From: Cystobasidiomycetes sp. EMM_F5
Taxonomy: Eukaryota
Length of the DNA: 64,000 bases
Direction: 5' to 3'
NCBI GenBank assembly: GCA_051047955.1
Contig: JBPGPT010000008.1
Location: forward strand, 248,001-312,000
Each line of letters starts with the position of its first letter. The first letter of the stretch is position 1. The notes beneath the pieces are model-generated. The model saw nothing but the letters and a program-made list of their open reading frames with translations. It was not told the DNA's origin and ran no database searches. A program made the position numbers and the translations under genes. This document shows, piece after piece, positions 23,967-35,793 of the stretch.

Positions 23967-26315
23967 ATGGTGCGTATATCGCAATCTAATCAGCGATTCT
24001 AAACCGTCAGGCTGGCTGAAGGCGGACGCGCTCGATATCATCAGAGTACGGCGGTATCCAGTCCGGGAACCACTGGAAAGAGTCTGTCGACGCTGGAAAA
24101 CCACAGTGTTCCGCTATTCTACGCGTGCTATTTACTGCGATCAAAGGCCAATGGCAACTACTCGAGGAGGACCTATGTTGGATCAACGTGAGCTTGATAG
24201 AGCGACATATGCGCATTCGTGGCCGTGCTGATGCTGATGCTGTCGTTTCATTTTGTTCAAACCGTCCAATTGCAACTGACGCTCCTACAGGCCTGACCCT
24301 CCTCGGCGAATCAGACAACACAATGGCGAGATCACCCAAGGCGCCCTAAAGACTCGTTTCGGACGGCCATGGGAAATGGAAGCCATCGTCTTTGGGTTTC
24401 CGAGCAAGCTAGCGGCGTTGCAGTTTGAGTGGGCATGGCAGGCAAGCAGGAACACCCCTAGCGGCCCTCTCCTCAACTGACAGTTTGAGCGTGTCCTTGA
24501 ACAGAAAGCTGAAATCTCGCGACATCTGCGTCGTCCCCGACCTGAAGCAATGGCAAAAGAGAGACCTTTATCATACTTTCCCGCAAAATCGTCGAATGGT
24601 GTCCCTCTGGCAAAGATTGCAATTCTGCAACGTCTCCTGGTAGTCAAACCATTTGCGCGGTTGACTCTTTCAGTACAGCTATTTTCGACAGCTGCACAAG
24701 AATGGTGGGACGCATCGCTCAGGGTCAACCCTGCACCTAAAGCTCCAGCAAAGAAGGCTAGTGTCAAGAGTATCGCGCAAGGTCTACAGCAGCTTGAATT
24801 GGAGCGAGGCTATCCGCCGGTCGAGAAGCCGGATGTCAGCAGAGTCTGCCGCATCCTTCGTCCAGAAGGAGTCGATGGAGGTCGGCTCCTTCGCGATCAC
24901 GGCTCCGAGACTTCGACGTTGGTATCTATAGAGGTGGACGACGGTACGGAATCTGAGAAAGCCACAGAAATTACTGTCTAATCTGTTCTGCTAGGCACAT
25001 GGAGCGATGAGCATCTCGCAAAATGGGATGACCTTGCGGACAGCGGCTTGGAAGATGTGCGATGTACAATCTGCAAGCAACCGGTAGACATATCCGTAAG
25101 CCGACCGCCCTTCCACATGACGGGCTTTGCTGAGTGAATCGCGACCAGGACCATACCTCCTTTGCTCTTTGCCACGTGATTCCGACGTGTATGAGCGTAA
25201 CGCATCTGCTCTGTCTGAGTCAGGACTTCTTGTCCGCCGAAGCGTCAACCTCGACTGCTCCTCCGCCGTTGGTTCCAGACCGAGGGAGCTGTCCCGGCTG
25301 TCAGCAAGATATGCGCTGGGGAGATGTAGCACGGGCATGCTATCGTAGAAGCGCACACGACGGCGATGGCGGCGCAGCCCGCGCGCTTAGACGCAAGCGT
25401 GTCGCCCGAATCGCAAAGCTGAAAGAAAAGGCAGATGGGATACTCCCAGAGATCGCGCCGCAGGAAGCGAACGGTAATGAAGATCAACCTGCTGAGACCT
25501 TAAGTCCTCAAGAACGTCAAGCAGCCAAAGGCAAACAGCGCGCAAGGCGTGCACTGCCTTCCAAAGATAAGCTGGTGATTGTTGCAAAGGATGGCAAGAA
25601 GCGAGGCCCTGCTAAGAAGACATCGGCTGTCGCTGTTGATGGACAAGCGGACAAGAGGACGAAGGTCACCCGCAGCAAGGAAGGTACTACACAGGCTGCC
25701 CTCGATGAAGATGACATTGGAAGCTCTTTGCAGTCTAAGTCAGATCAAGAGCAGTCACCTTCCACTCATCAGCCGCAGGCTGGCAATAGCGACCATGACC
25801 TTTTGCTTGAGGATCGATTCGGTAGCACCGAAATATCCTCTACATCAAAGAAAGGTGTAAAGCAACGGCGTAGTCGTAGCAAGAGCTTACCAGTCGAAGT
25901 CCACGACAATCATTCCGCTCTCGGTAACGGCGGTGACCGATTTGCGAAAGTCTCGCGAAGACGCAGGTCGTCACGCAGTACAGAAAGCGAGTCCATCGCA
26001 TCGGAAGCTGTTGCTTCTGAAGATGAAGCGACTGATGAGGAGAAGGACCTTGCATATGCAGCAGCGGCTGAAGGCTCCATGGAGATGGCTGCCATCGATG
26101 ACGATACATCATCGACAGAAAACTCTGTCATGGCACACGCCCGCAAGATAAGCGACGCCTCAATTGCGTCTTCTGCCGGGAAACGCAAGAAGGGTAATAC
26201 TTCCCCGTCGTTATCTGCAGCGGAAGGGGAGTCTCCCGGGAAGAGGCTAAGACAGCGCGCAGTCAGCCCAACGAAGGCTAAGAAAGCAGTGACATATATC
26301 GAGATTTCTGATTAG
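23967..26315 (+). CDS. SLX1: Structure-specific endonuclease subunit Slx1 (GIY-YIG plus zinc finger, long disordered tail)
   Basis: Spliced FYACYLLRS...[28 protein letters not shown]...[29 protein letters not shown]...HLLCL...CPGC. First coding exon appears to be the ATG alone; GC-AG intron at 24442-24504. Confidence 0.92.
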
Positions 26316-26464
26316 GCAAGTACGGCATATTTGTGCGCGAATGGAGCGTTTCTGCAGGGCGCACCACCGTGTAACCTCTTGTCGATATGTCAGAAACCCC
26401 TTTCATTGCACAGGGACAGCTATACATATATCTCGCACGACTGCGCAAAATTCGTAACGGTTGC

Positions 26465-27796
26465 CTAGTCTTCATCGGGTCCGCTTCGGCGGGCCTGCAA
26501 AGCAGCCTTCAAATCACTTTCTTTGCCCTGGAAGAGATGCGAGTTGGTTTTGTCGTGTTATCATAGCATGATCAGGACTCACCGCGGAAGTTGTCTCGTC
26601 GCGGTTAGTCGCACTCCTCCTCCGGTCATTGGGTGAACGTGAGCGACTTCCTGATGCTGCTCGTCGTCGCCGCTCATCGTCATCCCGTCTCCCTTCATAT
26701 TCTCGGCGATTCGGAGCTCCGTTGTCGTGTTGTCTACGCGCTGGCGACCTACTGCGACTGCGACTGCGGGAATGGTCTTGGTCTCTAGTATAGACGGGCG
26801 TTGTATCACGATCTTTTCGGCTACCTTCGGCTCGAGATGGCGATGGGGAGCGCCGTCTCGGCTGCCTTGCACCTGGACTACGTGACCGAGAGCGACGCTG
26901 AAGAATATGGGAGGCAGTCAGCACTTGTTGTACTTGGGCAGACCTACGGGTCAGAAAGTCCACTTACTCTGTCTCGCCGATCTCGATATTCGCGGTCGCT
27001 GTTACGGTCACGCCTACTGCCGTACCGGTCCGAATCTCGCGTATCGCGCCCGTAGCCACGCTGCGAGCGGTCGCCGCCTCTGTCTCCTCTATGATCTGAT
27101 CCGTTTCCGCCTCGCCTATCGTCATTGCGGTAGCTGAGGTCTCCATGACCGCTCGACCGGTCTTGTCTGTCTCTCTGCCGAGCTTCTTCTACTCTTCTGA
27201 CCTTTTCATCCTCGTTGGCTTGTCTGACCAAAGCAATGTCAGTAGTCTTCTTCTGCTCTTCTTGACGTCTGCGCATTTCCTCCTTTTTCTGTTCGATGAA
27301 GATGGCAGGAACCTTGACGGGTGACTCCTGAGCAGACAAGAGTAGTTCCCACAGTTCAAGCATGAATGCTTCAGTCTTGGTTTCGAGAAAGCCGAGGAGA
27401 CTGATGTAGGTGCGCTTGCCATCAATGACCTGGAGCGGGAGAGACCGCAGTCAGAGGTAGTGTGAAGTGCACACCCGTTGGATCACGTACCGGGCTAGTA
27501 GGGTCTTCGAGCAGCCCAGAAGCGTATTCGATGACTACGTCGTCTTCAAAGCCGAGAAGCTCGACCACCTTTCTGCCGATCCATGGCTTCATGACCGACA
27601 ACTCGACCTTGCGCATGTCGACCTACGTATCGCAATCGAGTACCGTCAGCCGTTGTTGCCGTTGCTTGTGATACATTGTCCTGCCGCCGACCTTTTTATC
27701 CAAAATGGGCGGAAACTTGAGCGACTTGAGCAGTTTGCGCTCCTTGTCGCCAAACCTCACGTCTTGACTTGTGCTCGTTCCCTTGAATGCGTCCAT
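26465..27796 (-). CDS. PWI-domain SR-rich splicing coactivator (SRRM1/SRm160-like), multi-exon
   Basis: MDAFKGTSTSQDVRFGDKERKLLKSLKFPP; VDMRKVELSVMKPWIGRKVVELLGFEDDVVIEY; LWELLLSAQ; RS-repeat tail. Confidence 0.88.
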
Positions 27797-28040
27797 TTCT
27801 GCGGCCGTCTAGCCTGCGCTCCAACAGCCTTGTCCGTCCGGCCTCGCACTGCAAGAACGACTCTCAACACCGTAGTCTAGCAGACTGGAAAGTACGAAGG
27901 TCTTGTACTCGTTGGCTGGGTCTTGCGTAAAGATAGCAGAAATGGTCAGAACGGTGTTCAATTGTGGCTTTGCTCGAAAATGTCGACACAAAGTCAAGCC
28001 AGGCTCAGCTTTCGAACGATTGCGAGAAGAGAATATTGAT

Positions 28041-29580
28041 ATGTCCAAACTGCTGCAGACCCTGCCATGCTCTTCAAGATCATTTACAATACCACGGACA
28101 ACTTCCAATTGTCGCTCTTCCCTGCCCGCTTCATGCCCAAAAAGTCCCGTCGCCGTCCGATGCCTACATCATTATAACCGCCAGATATGCACACGTCGTC
28201 CGCAACTTGGCCTGCTGAACCAGCGCAGACGCTTTGCGTCAGTATCCGATAGTCCACCGCCCCGGGGTGGAGTCAAAGTCGGCGGCCTCTTTCTCGCCCT
28301 AAGCATACTGGGAATCGGTGTGACGTCGGTCGGCTTGTACAATTACTACACTTCCGTCAAGGCATTCCCTCCGGAACTCAGAAAGGAGCTGAGGTCCGCT
28401 CTGAGGTGTAGGACGAGGCGAGACTATGTGTCATCGCATCGATATTTCGAAGTAGCCTGGAACAAGGCATTGGAGTTGCAGGACAGCCTAGGAATCCTGA
28501 AAGTCACAGGAATAGCTGCAAAGTGGGCAGAGATGCTCGAGGAAGCCGAGCAGCAGCCAGATCAGGGAGGGTTGTCCAACTGTCGCGGACAAGCATATAC
28601 AATTCTCAATGACGCTTTTGAATGGTCAAAAAAGACAGTCGAAAGCAACACCACACCGCATCCCCAAGATGCTATGCGGGTCGTGTCGTTAGCCATCAAG
28701 CTATCAGAGCTGGCTGAAGATCAGGCAGAGTTGGAGGAACAAAGCGAGGAGCAGCTGACATGGGCCGTGTGAGCTTTAACATCAGCAGAAGCACACCAAT
28801 TGACCTGAAGCATGATCAACAGGGATGAACTGTTGAGGCAAACCCGAGCCAAACAATACGCTGATGATAAAGTATCGAACAATACGAGCGGATCAGCAGA
28901 CGATGGATTCTTGGTCGCCGAGTTGGAACTGCCCAGCTGGATAGCAAAGACAGATATGGGAGCTTCACTCGAGGCTCTGGGCAATCTGTATGCTCGAAGA
29001 GGCAATGTCGAGTAGGTCACTTTCCAGTCTTAAACCATTATAATCGATGGCTTATCAAAACCATTTTCAAATAATGTTAGGTACGCCATGCCGTTGTATT
29101 TGCAAAGCTTGTCGCTTCTATTACCTCCGCAAGGCCTGCGGGATATAGAGCCTAGCATATCAGACAAATGCCATGCCGCAACGATAGTAAGGATGCGAGT
29201 TTCTCTGGAAAAGTGTGTGACGCGCTCATTCCAGTATCTGTCAGATGAACAACCTGTCTTCAATGATAGCAGCTGCACCGACAGCGCCATCAAAGGATAT
29301 ATCGCAACTCACGCAAGCAGGCGCATGGGCGAGTAAAGCTGCCAACGTCGCTTCTGCAGCGTTGAAAGAGGGCAGCGATTCCACAGCAGCTGTCAAAAGC
29401 GAAGTGGACGGATGCAAAGCAGTACTCGTGGTTGCACTGTACAATATGGGCATGCTTAAACTCCTCGATGAAAAGCCGGACGAAGCCCGCAACTTCTTGA
29501 ATGAGGCTAAGGAGAAGGCGAAAGGCTGGAAGTTAAAGGAAGCCGAGATACGAGCGCACGAAGCGTTGAAGACGTTGTGA
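28041..29580 (+). CDS. Mitochondrial inner-membrane TPR-like protein (MGR3-like), multi-exon
   Basis: Arg/Ser-rich presequence, one TM helix (GLFLALSILGIGVTSVGLY), FPPELRKELRSAL, LKVTGIA, helical repeats (YAMPLYLQSL, ALYNMG). Confidence 0.6.
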
Positions 29581-29649
29581 TCGTTACAGCATTGGAAGGG
29601 GGTAGCTTCGTACATCCTACACTATCATTCGGAAGAGCGAGAAGAGTCT

Positions 29650-30648
29650 TCACGCATCGATGAATTTCTTGACACCTGAAAGCCACTTGACGTATTCTGT
29701 CTGCTCCTTGTGTTCTGCCAGGTCTGGGATGAAGAGGGCTAGGCTGCTGTCGATGCCTCGCTCCTCGAGGAAGGCCTCGAAATCGTTTTGAAGGTTTTCA
29801 TCAAGGTGATCAAACTGTGTAGGCATTGGCTCAGCGTGTGCACTTAAACCACGTCTTTCTATCTGGCAAACCCACCGCAGGTCCCATGTACAGGCCCCTC
29901 CGCTTCCAATCAGCCTCGGAGGTGAGGTCGGTCGCCAAACCTTCATCGGTGTAGAAAGATATATTGTCAACGAGGAACAACCCATCCTGAGCAACTGCAT
30001 CGATTGTCAGGGCTCCGTGACCTTTGCCCTGTTTATGAAGGAGCATTGAGTCAGATTCGTCTACTACTAGCCTGCGAAATATTCATACTTTTGAAACGGT
30101 GATGGCAGTCCTGATTGGCAAGCTCTCGCCCTGTGCACTCTCTGCTTGTTGCTCAGCATCTTCCGCCGCATCGTCTTCCGCTTCGTCCTTTGACGACTCT
30201 GGTCCATTATCGATATCGGCAATGGAAAAGAGGACCTTGATTTCCTCGTTTCCGAATTTCCGCTTGAGCGCGACCTCGTCTGCACCCGGGCGGTCCTCGA
30301 TGGTCCAGATACCGTTGCTCTTGAACGCTGTCAGGAATTCTGGCTCGCTGCCTGGTGACGAGCTTTCATTTTCGTATTCGAGTTCGGCCGCCAACTTTGA
30401 AGACAATGCAGCATCATCTGGACAGACAAGGCAGATAGATGTCAGATCCTCTGTAAAGTGACCCATGACTGTAGGAGCCTACTCTCGCCATGGCTTTGAC
30501 GGCTGGCCGACACGGCAAAAGTGCGCGCAAGCCTGGGTGACGGTCTGGATGTCAAAATTGTTGGTCGAATACATCTTTTGACAGCGACAGGAGCAGCAGA
30601 TGAGCGCAGCGCTGAGCGCGCAAATGTGCCGACAGCTTTTCGATACAT
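29650..30648 (-). CDS. MAM33: Mitochondrial acidic matrix protein Mam33 (C1QBP family), multi-exon
   Basis: Presequence; LSSKLAAELEYE; LKRKFGNEEIKVLFSIADI; DWKRRGLYMGP/FDHLDENLQ...LEERGI...KEQTEYVKWL. Confidence 0.92.
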
Positions 30649-30722
30649 GGTGTTTGTAGCTAACCGAACATACGTCGACTCTGAGTCGCAGCTCGACACC
30701 TGATCGGCCTGATCCCCAACGC

Positions 30723-31740
30723 TCAGTGGTCGTGCTCCGCATTGCGCAGGTTGGTCATTGCGGCTGTAGCCGTCTCTAGAGACCCAAATATCTCCACCTT
30801 GTCTATTCTTGACGTCTCCTCGTCGTCTTGATTGTCAGCAATAAATATCTATTCACGGAGGACTTAGCAGATTGCCATCAGAAGTCGAGGACAGCCATAC
30901 CGATATAGAGTTCACTTTCTGAAATTTGACATATCGCAACAGTACCAGCTCTTTGCCAGCAGCCTGCTCTTTCGTGAGCTCAAACTCCTGGGCAGGCGTT
31001 TGTGACGTTGCATCGTCAAAGCCAATAGTGAGCATATTGCTAAACACCTTGACCTTCTTGGGAGCCTGTCCGATATGGTCCTGTTTTGTCGTGAAGCGCA
31101 GCGCAAAGACCTTGACGGACTGTGAGAAGGCAATGCCGAGCAGGAGCTGTTCGTCGGCATCGCTTTCGAGGTACGCGCCAGATATAGTTTGTGAACCGAG
31201 TATACCGCGCAGACCATGACTAGAGGACTCGTTGAGGCATGTTGTTTGTGATGAATCGACTTGGCTGTTCAACGAGGAGTGTGAGCCGAGCACCTTGCTG
31301 TCGGGATCTGTAGTTCCAGATCCAGATGGGCCTTCAACGTAGTTTCTCTGCGGAGGTCCAGCATGCCGTTGTAGGGCAGCTTCGATGGCAGCCGGGTTCG
31401 CGCCCTTGATGGTCTCCACCGTCTGTCTGTTTTTGATGTAGACGAATGTAGGCATGGCGGATATGCGATACGCTTGAGCGACAGGTCGCGCTTGGTCGAC
31501 GTCGCATTTTGCAAATACAACTTGACGATACTCGTTACTCCACTGCTCAAACTTGGGTGCAATCATCTGCGGATTGGAAACATGTCAGATTCTATCGTGC
31601 ATGATTGCTCAACAGGGCCTCACCTTGCAGGGTCCGCACCATGCAGCCGTAAAGTCAACCAGTACCAGTCTTTCAGCTCCGGCACGTCTAAACACAGCTT
31701 CCAGGTCATTTGTCGTAGTCAGGTGTGTTATCGACGACAT
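30723..31740 (-). CDS. txl1: Thioredoxin plus PITH-domain protein (TXNL1/Txl1), 3 exons
   Basis: VDFTAAWCGPCK active site; ISAMPTF; PITH motifs LESDADEQLLL and LRYVKFQKVNSI; last exon IFIADNQDDEETSRIDKVEIFG. Confidence 0.9.
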
Positions 31741-31944
31741 GTTGCAGTTGACGCAGAGTCAAACTTGGTGGCGGCTTGCAACAAATCTCGAGTAAATACT
31801 GATACAAGCATCTGGATACACACAGGCAGTGCATGATTCAAAACTAGCGAGGGTCCGCCAGGGTTCGGATAGGGCTTCAGCGGTTCCGAGTTGACACGGA
31901 TTGCCCTGCTTTACTTGGATTATCGGCATCCTGAACGTACTTGA

Positions 31945-34302
31945 CTATTGCTTGTCCTGATTCTCGACAAAAAGCATGTCTTTGCGCTCCTTGAAATCAT
32001 AGAACAGCGGCTTGAGTTTGTTGATGCTGATGCGCTCGGTATACGCCTGACGTATGTCTTCAATTCCGTATTCGGCATCCTGCTGCTGCGGCTCGGTACC
32101 ATTGAGGAGGTGCAACGCTTGCTCTTTTAGCGACGCAGATGTCCAATCCAGCTTGCCGGTATACAGAAGTCTGGCATAATTTGGCTTTGATATCTCGGCT
32201 GCCATTTTGGTGGTACATTTCTTTGGTACGAGGGAGGGATTTTCCTTGATCCAATCGCTGAGCTTGACACGCTCATACTTTTCGAGACAGTCGTCCTCGA
32301 CAACGCAGGACCTAGCTTTTTTGAGTCTCACGAGATCAGAAAAGTGGAGAAGTGGGGTAGCGTGTACGCATGTTGTAGCAAGACGCCCTCTGTCATCCAT
32401 TGCGCGTTCGTAAAGAGGAGCAGCTCGCGTGACGTAGACTCTGCCCTTGCTGACCTTGACTGGCTTGATTGAAAAGATGCTGTGCTCGTTGTCGATACGT
32501 TCACCAGTATTCCAGACTAGAGCAGTGGCTGGTGCGCATCTTGTAACGCCGAGACGGCTTGATTCGATATCTTCATCGGTGCGATTAGCTGGAGCAGTAG
32601 CTGCAGCCGCATCTGCCAGCTCGGCTTGGCGCTGATCTTCAGCATCGCTAAGAATTGCACAGAATTGAGCACGGATAACCTTGCATGCATGATGACCGGC
32701 ATTGGCGTCAAAAGCTTTGGTGATCCAGCACTCGCGACAATGAGGACATTCTTTGAGAAAGATGCTGCGACGGGGACGATCAGCTTTGCAAAGCGCAAAG
32801 TGTTCGAGGAGGTCGTCAAGATTGCAAGTATAAGTATTCTTCGCAGAAACCGCTTCCATTGGCGCTCTACGACGCTCTTCCTTCTCCTTGTCGGAGATGC
32901 CATAGTAATTACCAGCCGCCGAGGCAGAATTGACGATGTCAGCATCCTTTGCCGGTTTAGTGTACAGCCATTGAGCATGCTCGACGCTGCCATGCAGAAG
33001 TCCCCGTGGACAAGCAGCTAGCTTGATGAGCATACCCTGTTCGCGCTGACCTCGTACCTTGTTGATGACCTCGACTACCCAGGCTGACCGTTCTTTGCTC
33101 GAAGGTGCACCAACAGCAATGACAGCAAGGGCTTTGCGTTCTTCCGAAGCTGCGTATCCAGCATTTTGGTGCTTGAGGTGCTTTACGTCAGGATCAGGAG
33201 AGTCCTCGTTCGACCTGGGCCCAAGGAAGCTGATATTTGCTTTGACGACAGCAAGTTTTGCAAGCCTGAGCTCTTCCAGGTAGCCAAGTCGGGCGGCATC
33301 TTGCATAATCAGGCTGATCAGCGAAATCAGGGCAGACTCGCGGTCGTCATTGTTCGGAATGAGGTGCGAGTGTGTTGTGACATAGATTTCAGCCAGAGTG
33401 GCCATGACCCTAGCCCGTCTGTCAAGCTCAAGCCTTACGTTGAGAGTCGATGGAATGTGATAATTGGCATACGGGTGATATTTTGCGACGTAGATAGCGC
33501 TATGCTCCGGCCTTGGACCGTAGCGCACGATGCAGGGGATGCCGATAACGGCAACGTAGTCTTTCGAGATGTACTTTAAATCGTTCCATTTGCGGCCATC
33601 GGTAAAGACAATCATATTTCTCAACGACTGGTAGGAGAACACCCCGTTGAGGAAAAGAGAGAAGTCGGCTGCAATGATATCCTTCTTGAAGATGACCTCC
33701 GGCGTATACTCCATAAAAATACGATAGATTTTGCTGCTCTCCGCAATGACGAGGTTGGGTCGGATGATGCAGAGTATACCCCAGAAGAAAATGCAGGCTA
33801 GCCAGATCAGCAAATGAGTGCAGACAATACACCAGAAATCGATGAATGCATAGTAATAATGCGAGATGAGATTCATATTGTTGGTCTTGCGAATATCGTC
33901 AACAACTTGCTGAGGGATGAAGCGCGCTTTTCGCAGTTCTAGCTGTTCGTGTTGAGCTGCAGGACCTGCTTGTGCCAGCCAATAGCCTACGTCTGCATCA
34001 AGCAAGGCCTCCCGGGGCATGTCCTTCTTGATCCATACCATATCAACCGTCCCTGTCGAATTGCAGTGAAAGGCAGAAGCGGAGTGGATGACCTCGTCGA
34101 GCGCTGCAGCTGTCGCGATGACACCAGTTTCATACTCTGGCCGTCGTCTCCAGATCTCGTACGATGCCTTGATGAAGGTATCCACTCTTGCTCGCAGAGC
34201 CAGGGTGGCGGCAGATGGAGCCTTGACTTGAACCTCAAGCTCAGACAAGCCATGACGACCAGGCAGGAGGATGGTAGTGGTGTCAGTGCTGGCCTCAGCC
34301 AT
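31945..34302 (-). CDS. Orphan 785-aa protein with a putative uracil-DNA-glycosylase-like core and a Cys/His zinc-binding motif
   Basis: Uninterrupted ORF of 2358 nt. Ordered motifs MVWIKKDMP ... FIDFW ... IIRPNLVIAES ... YVAKYHPY resemble UDG-superfamily strands and the terminal HP motif; later CPHC-x14-HHAC. The fold call is inference. Confidence 0.65.
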   Translation of the reverse strand: MAEASTDTTTILLPGRHGLSELEVQVKAPSAATLALRARVDTFIKASYEIWRRRPEYETGVIATAAALDEVIHSASAFHCNSTGTVDMVWIKKDMPREALLDADVGYWLAQAGPAAQHEQLELRKARFIPQQVVDDIRKTNNMNLISHYYYAFIDFWCIVCTHLLIWLACIFFWGILCIIRPNLVIAESSKIYRIFMEYTPEVIFKKDIIAADFSLFLNGVFSYQSLRNMIVFTDGRKWNDLKYISKDYVAVIGIPCIVRYGPRPEHSAIYVAKYHPYANYHIPSTLNVRLELDRRARVMATLAEIYVTTHSHLIPNNDDRESALISLISLIMQDAARLGYLEELRLAKLAVVKANISFLGPRSNEDSPDPDVKHLKHQNAGYAASEERKALAVIAVGAPSSKERSAWVVEVINKVRGQREQGMLIKLAACPRGLLHGSVEHAQWLYTKPAKDADIVNSASAAGNYYGISDKEKEERRRAPMEAVSAKNTYTCNLDDLLEHFALCKADRPRRSIFLKECPHCRECWITKAFDANAGHHACKVIRAQFCAILSDAEDQRQAELADAAAATAPANRTDEDIESSRLGVTRCAPATALVWNTGERIDNEHSIFSIKPVKVSKGRVYVTRAAPLYERAMDDRGRLATTCVHATPLLHFSDLVRLKKARSCVVEDDCLEKYERVKLSDWIKENPSLVPKKCTTKMAAEISKPNYARLLYTGKLDWTSASLKEQALHLLNGTEPQQQDAEYGIEDIRQAYTERISINKLKPLFYDFKERKDMLFVENQDKQ

Positions 34303-34408
34303 GTTAGAGTGTGTGTAAAAGCGGTATCGTTCAGCTGTCGCGTCAGTGGTTGTAATGAGAGTTGGTCGGAGAATGAGATTGATCGAGCTTGCTTTCAGCC
34401 AATCCGCC

Positions 34409-34429
34409 CAGCAGCAGCAGCAGCAGCAA
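34409..34429. repeat. (CAG)n microsatellite between the divergent orphan genes
   Basis: Six CAG units followed by CAA. Confidence 0.75.
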
Positions 34430-34636
34430 CTCAAGCAACATCAGCGCAGTCTGCTCAGCACCAACCTGAAGCATTCTATCGATATACAGGGTCGAGCGTA
34501 CTTGCATTCCTACCCCTATTTTCAGTGAGTACAGACCTGATACGTGTTAGGCTGGGCTTGTTTACACCTCGAAACAACACGCGTAAACGAAGCAAAAACT
34601 GATGAATGCCGTCTCACACAATGCAGCTGCGCTCTC

Positions 34637-35669
34637 ATGGCCCACCAGTCCACTTCGACCATGCCTGCGGGCGCTTCCACCTCCAAACGCGTTTACACCA
34701 CTCCTGCCGCCGTCATCGCTGAGAAACGAGTGAAATACGCTGACAAGGTTCGGTCCGAGACCGAGATAGCTGCAGAAGCTTTCAATAAGAGATACGATGT
34801 GAGGGCTGCAGAAGTGGCTGCTCTGACGGGCAAGACTATTGTCGACGGCACCCGAGCGTCAGAGAAGATGCTCAAGGTCTGGAATGAGATGCGGCGTATC
34901 GATAGTCGGCCGTCCATCACCAACCGGGAAATGACTGCCATGCCCGGCAACGACGATTTCTACAAGGCTCTACTTGATCTCTTCCTCGACCCGCTAGCAT
35001 TTGACGTAGCAAACGCTCAGTCCGTCTTTACAGACCAGTCCAAAACTCACATCGATGTAGATATGCAAGCTTCAGACACATTTGCGCGCTACTATCTTCG
35101 CCGTCTCCATTTCCAAACCCATGACGAGCTTGTCCTCTTTACAGAAAATGTCAAGCGCCTCAAACCCAAGTATGCAGGACATCTAGACATGCTTGTCAAA
35201 AGGAGCGCGGGTATGACATCGAGCACCCGCTACTTGCATTACGGCGGTTACACCATCGCAAATTCTCCTGTCGGGCGTGAAGAGGACGACGAGGAGTCGG
35301 AGGGATTCTCTTTGGCAACAACCGCCTTTCAGGTCTACACTGATCCCGAGAAATTCAATCGCAAGGTGGAGGAGTACGAAATTCACGCTCTACGATTCGA
35401 TGCCAAGGGGGTCAAACCCGCCAGAGACGATATCCGCACCGGATTCTACGAGTCGCTCGTAATTGATTCCCTTGGCTTCTACTGTCTCAACGTCGCTCCC
35501 CCTGGTCAATTCATTGACATGGTGTGCAATGAAAAGTACGAAGCGGACATGAAGTTTCTCGCGACGTATGTTCCGAAGGTGACTCAGGCAAGTGAGCAGT
35601 ATCGGCAAACGCTTACGCACAGCTGACAACGCCATGTGCAGCTCGGTCGAGCAAGAAGAGGCTGACTAA
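34637..35669 (+). CDS. Orphan protein of about 320 aa with a putative GIY-YIG-like nuclease signature
   Basis: ORF to 35626. A likely intron at 35566-35641 (GTATGT..GCTGAC..CAG) gives C-terminus ATSVEQEEAD* at 35669. Motif order RYYLR ... LHYGGYT-x7-R ... FYESLVI ... CLNVAPPG resembles the Y/Y/R/E/N layout of GIY-YIG domains (inference). Confidence 0.6.
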
Positions 35670-35793
35670 GCTTCAGGTCGGTCCCAGAATTCGCTGTACC
35701 GATACGAAACCTGTTCTGTGCGGACACGTGAGATATCGGAACGGCGCAAGGTTCGCATGCGTTTCTTTCAGATTTGACACATGGCACCACTTT

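Noticed and set aside
33949..34602. 217-aa plus-strand ORF overlapping ORF B, and many similar antisense ORFs in the track
   Set aside because: Shadow frames of real genes with no motifs; this one also runs through the CAG microsatellite.
34331..35626. ACAGCTGA in inverted orientation at both ends of the ORF A segment, suggesting an invertible switch joining ORF A to ORF B
   Set aside because: Only 8 bp. Recombination there would keep ORF A's TGA stop. The copies are better explained as a splice acceptor (minus strand) and a branch site (GCTGAC, plus strand).
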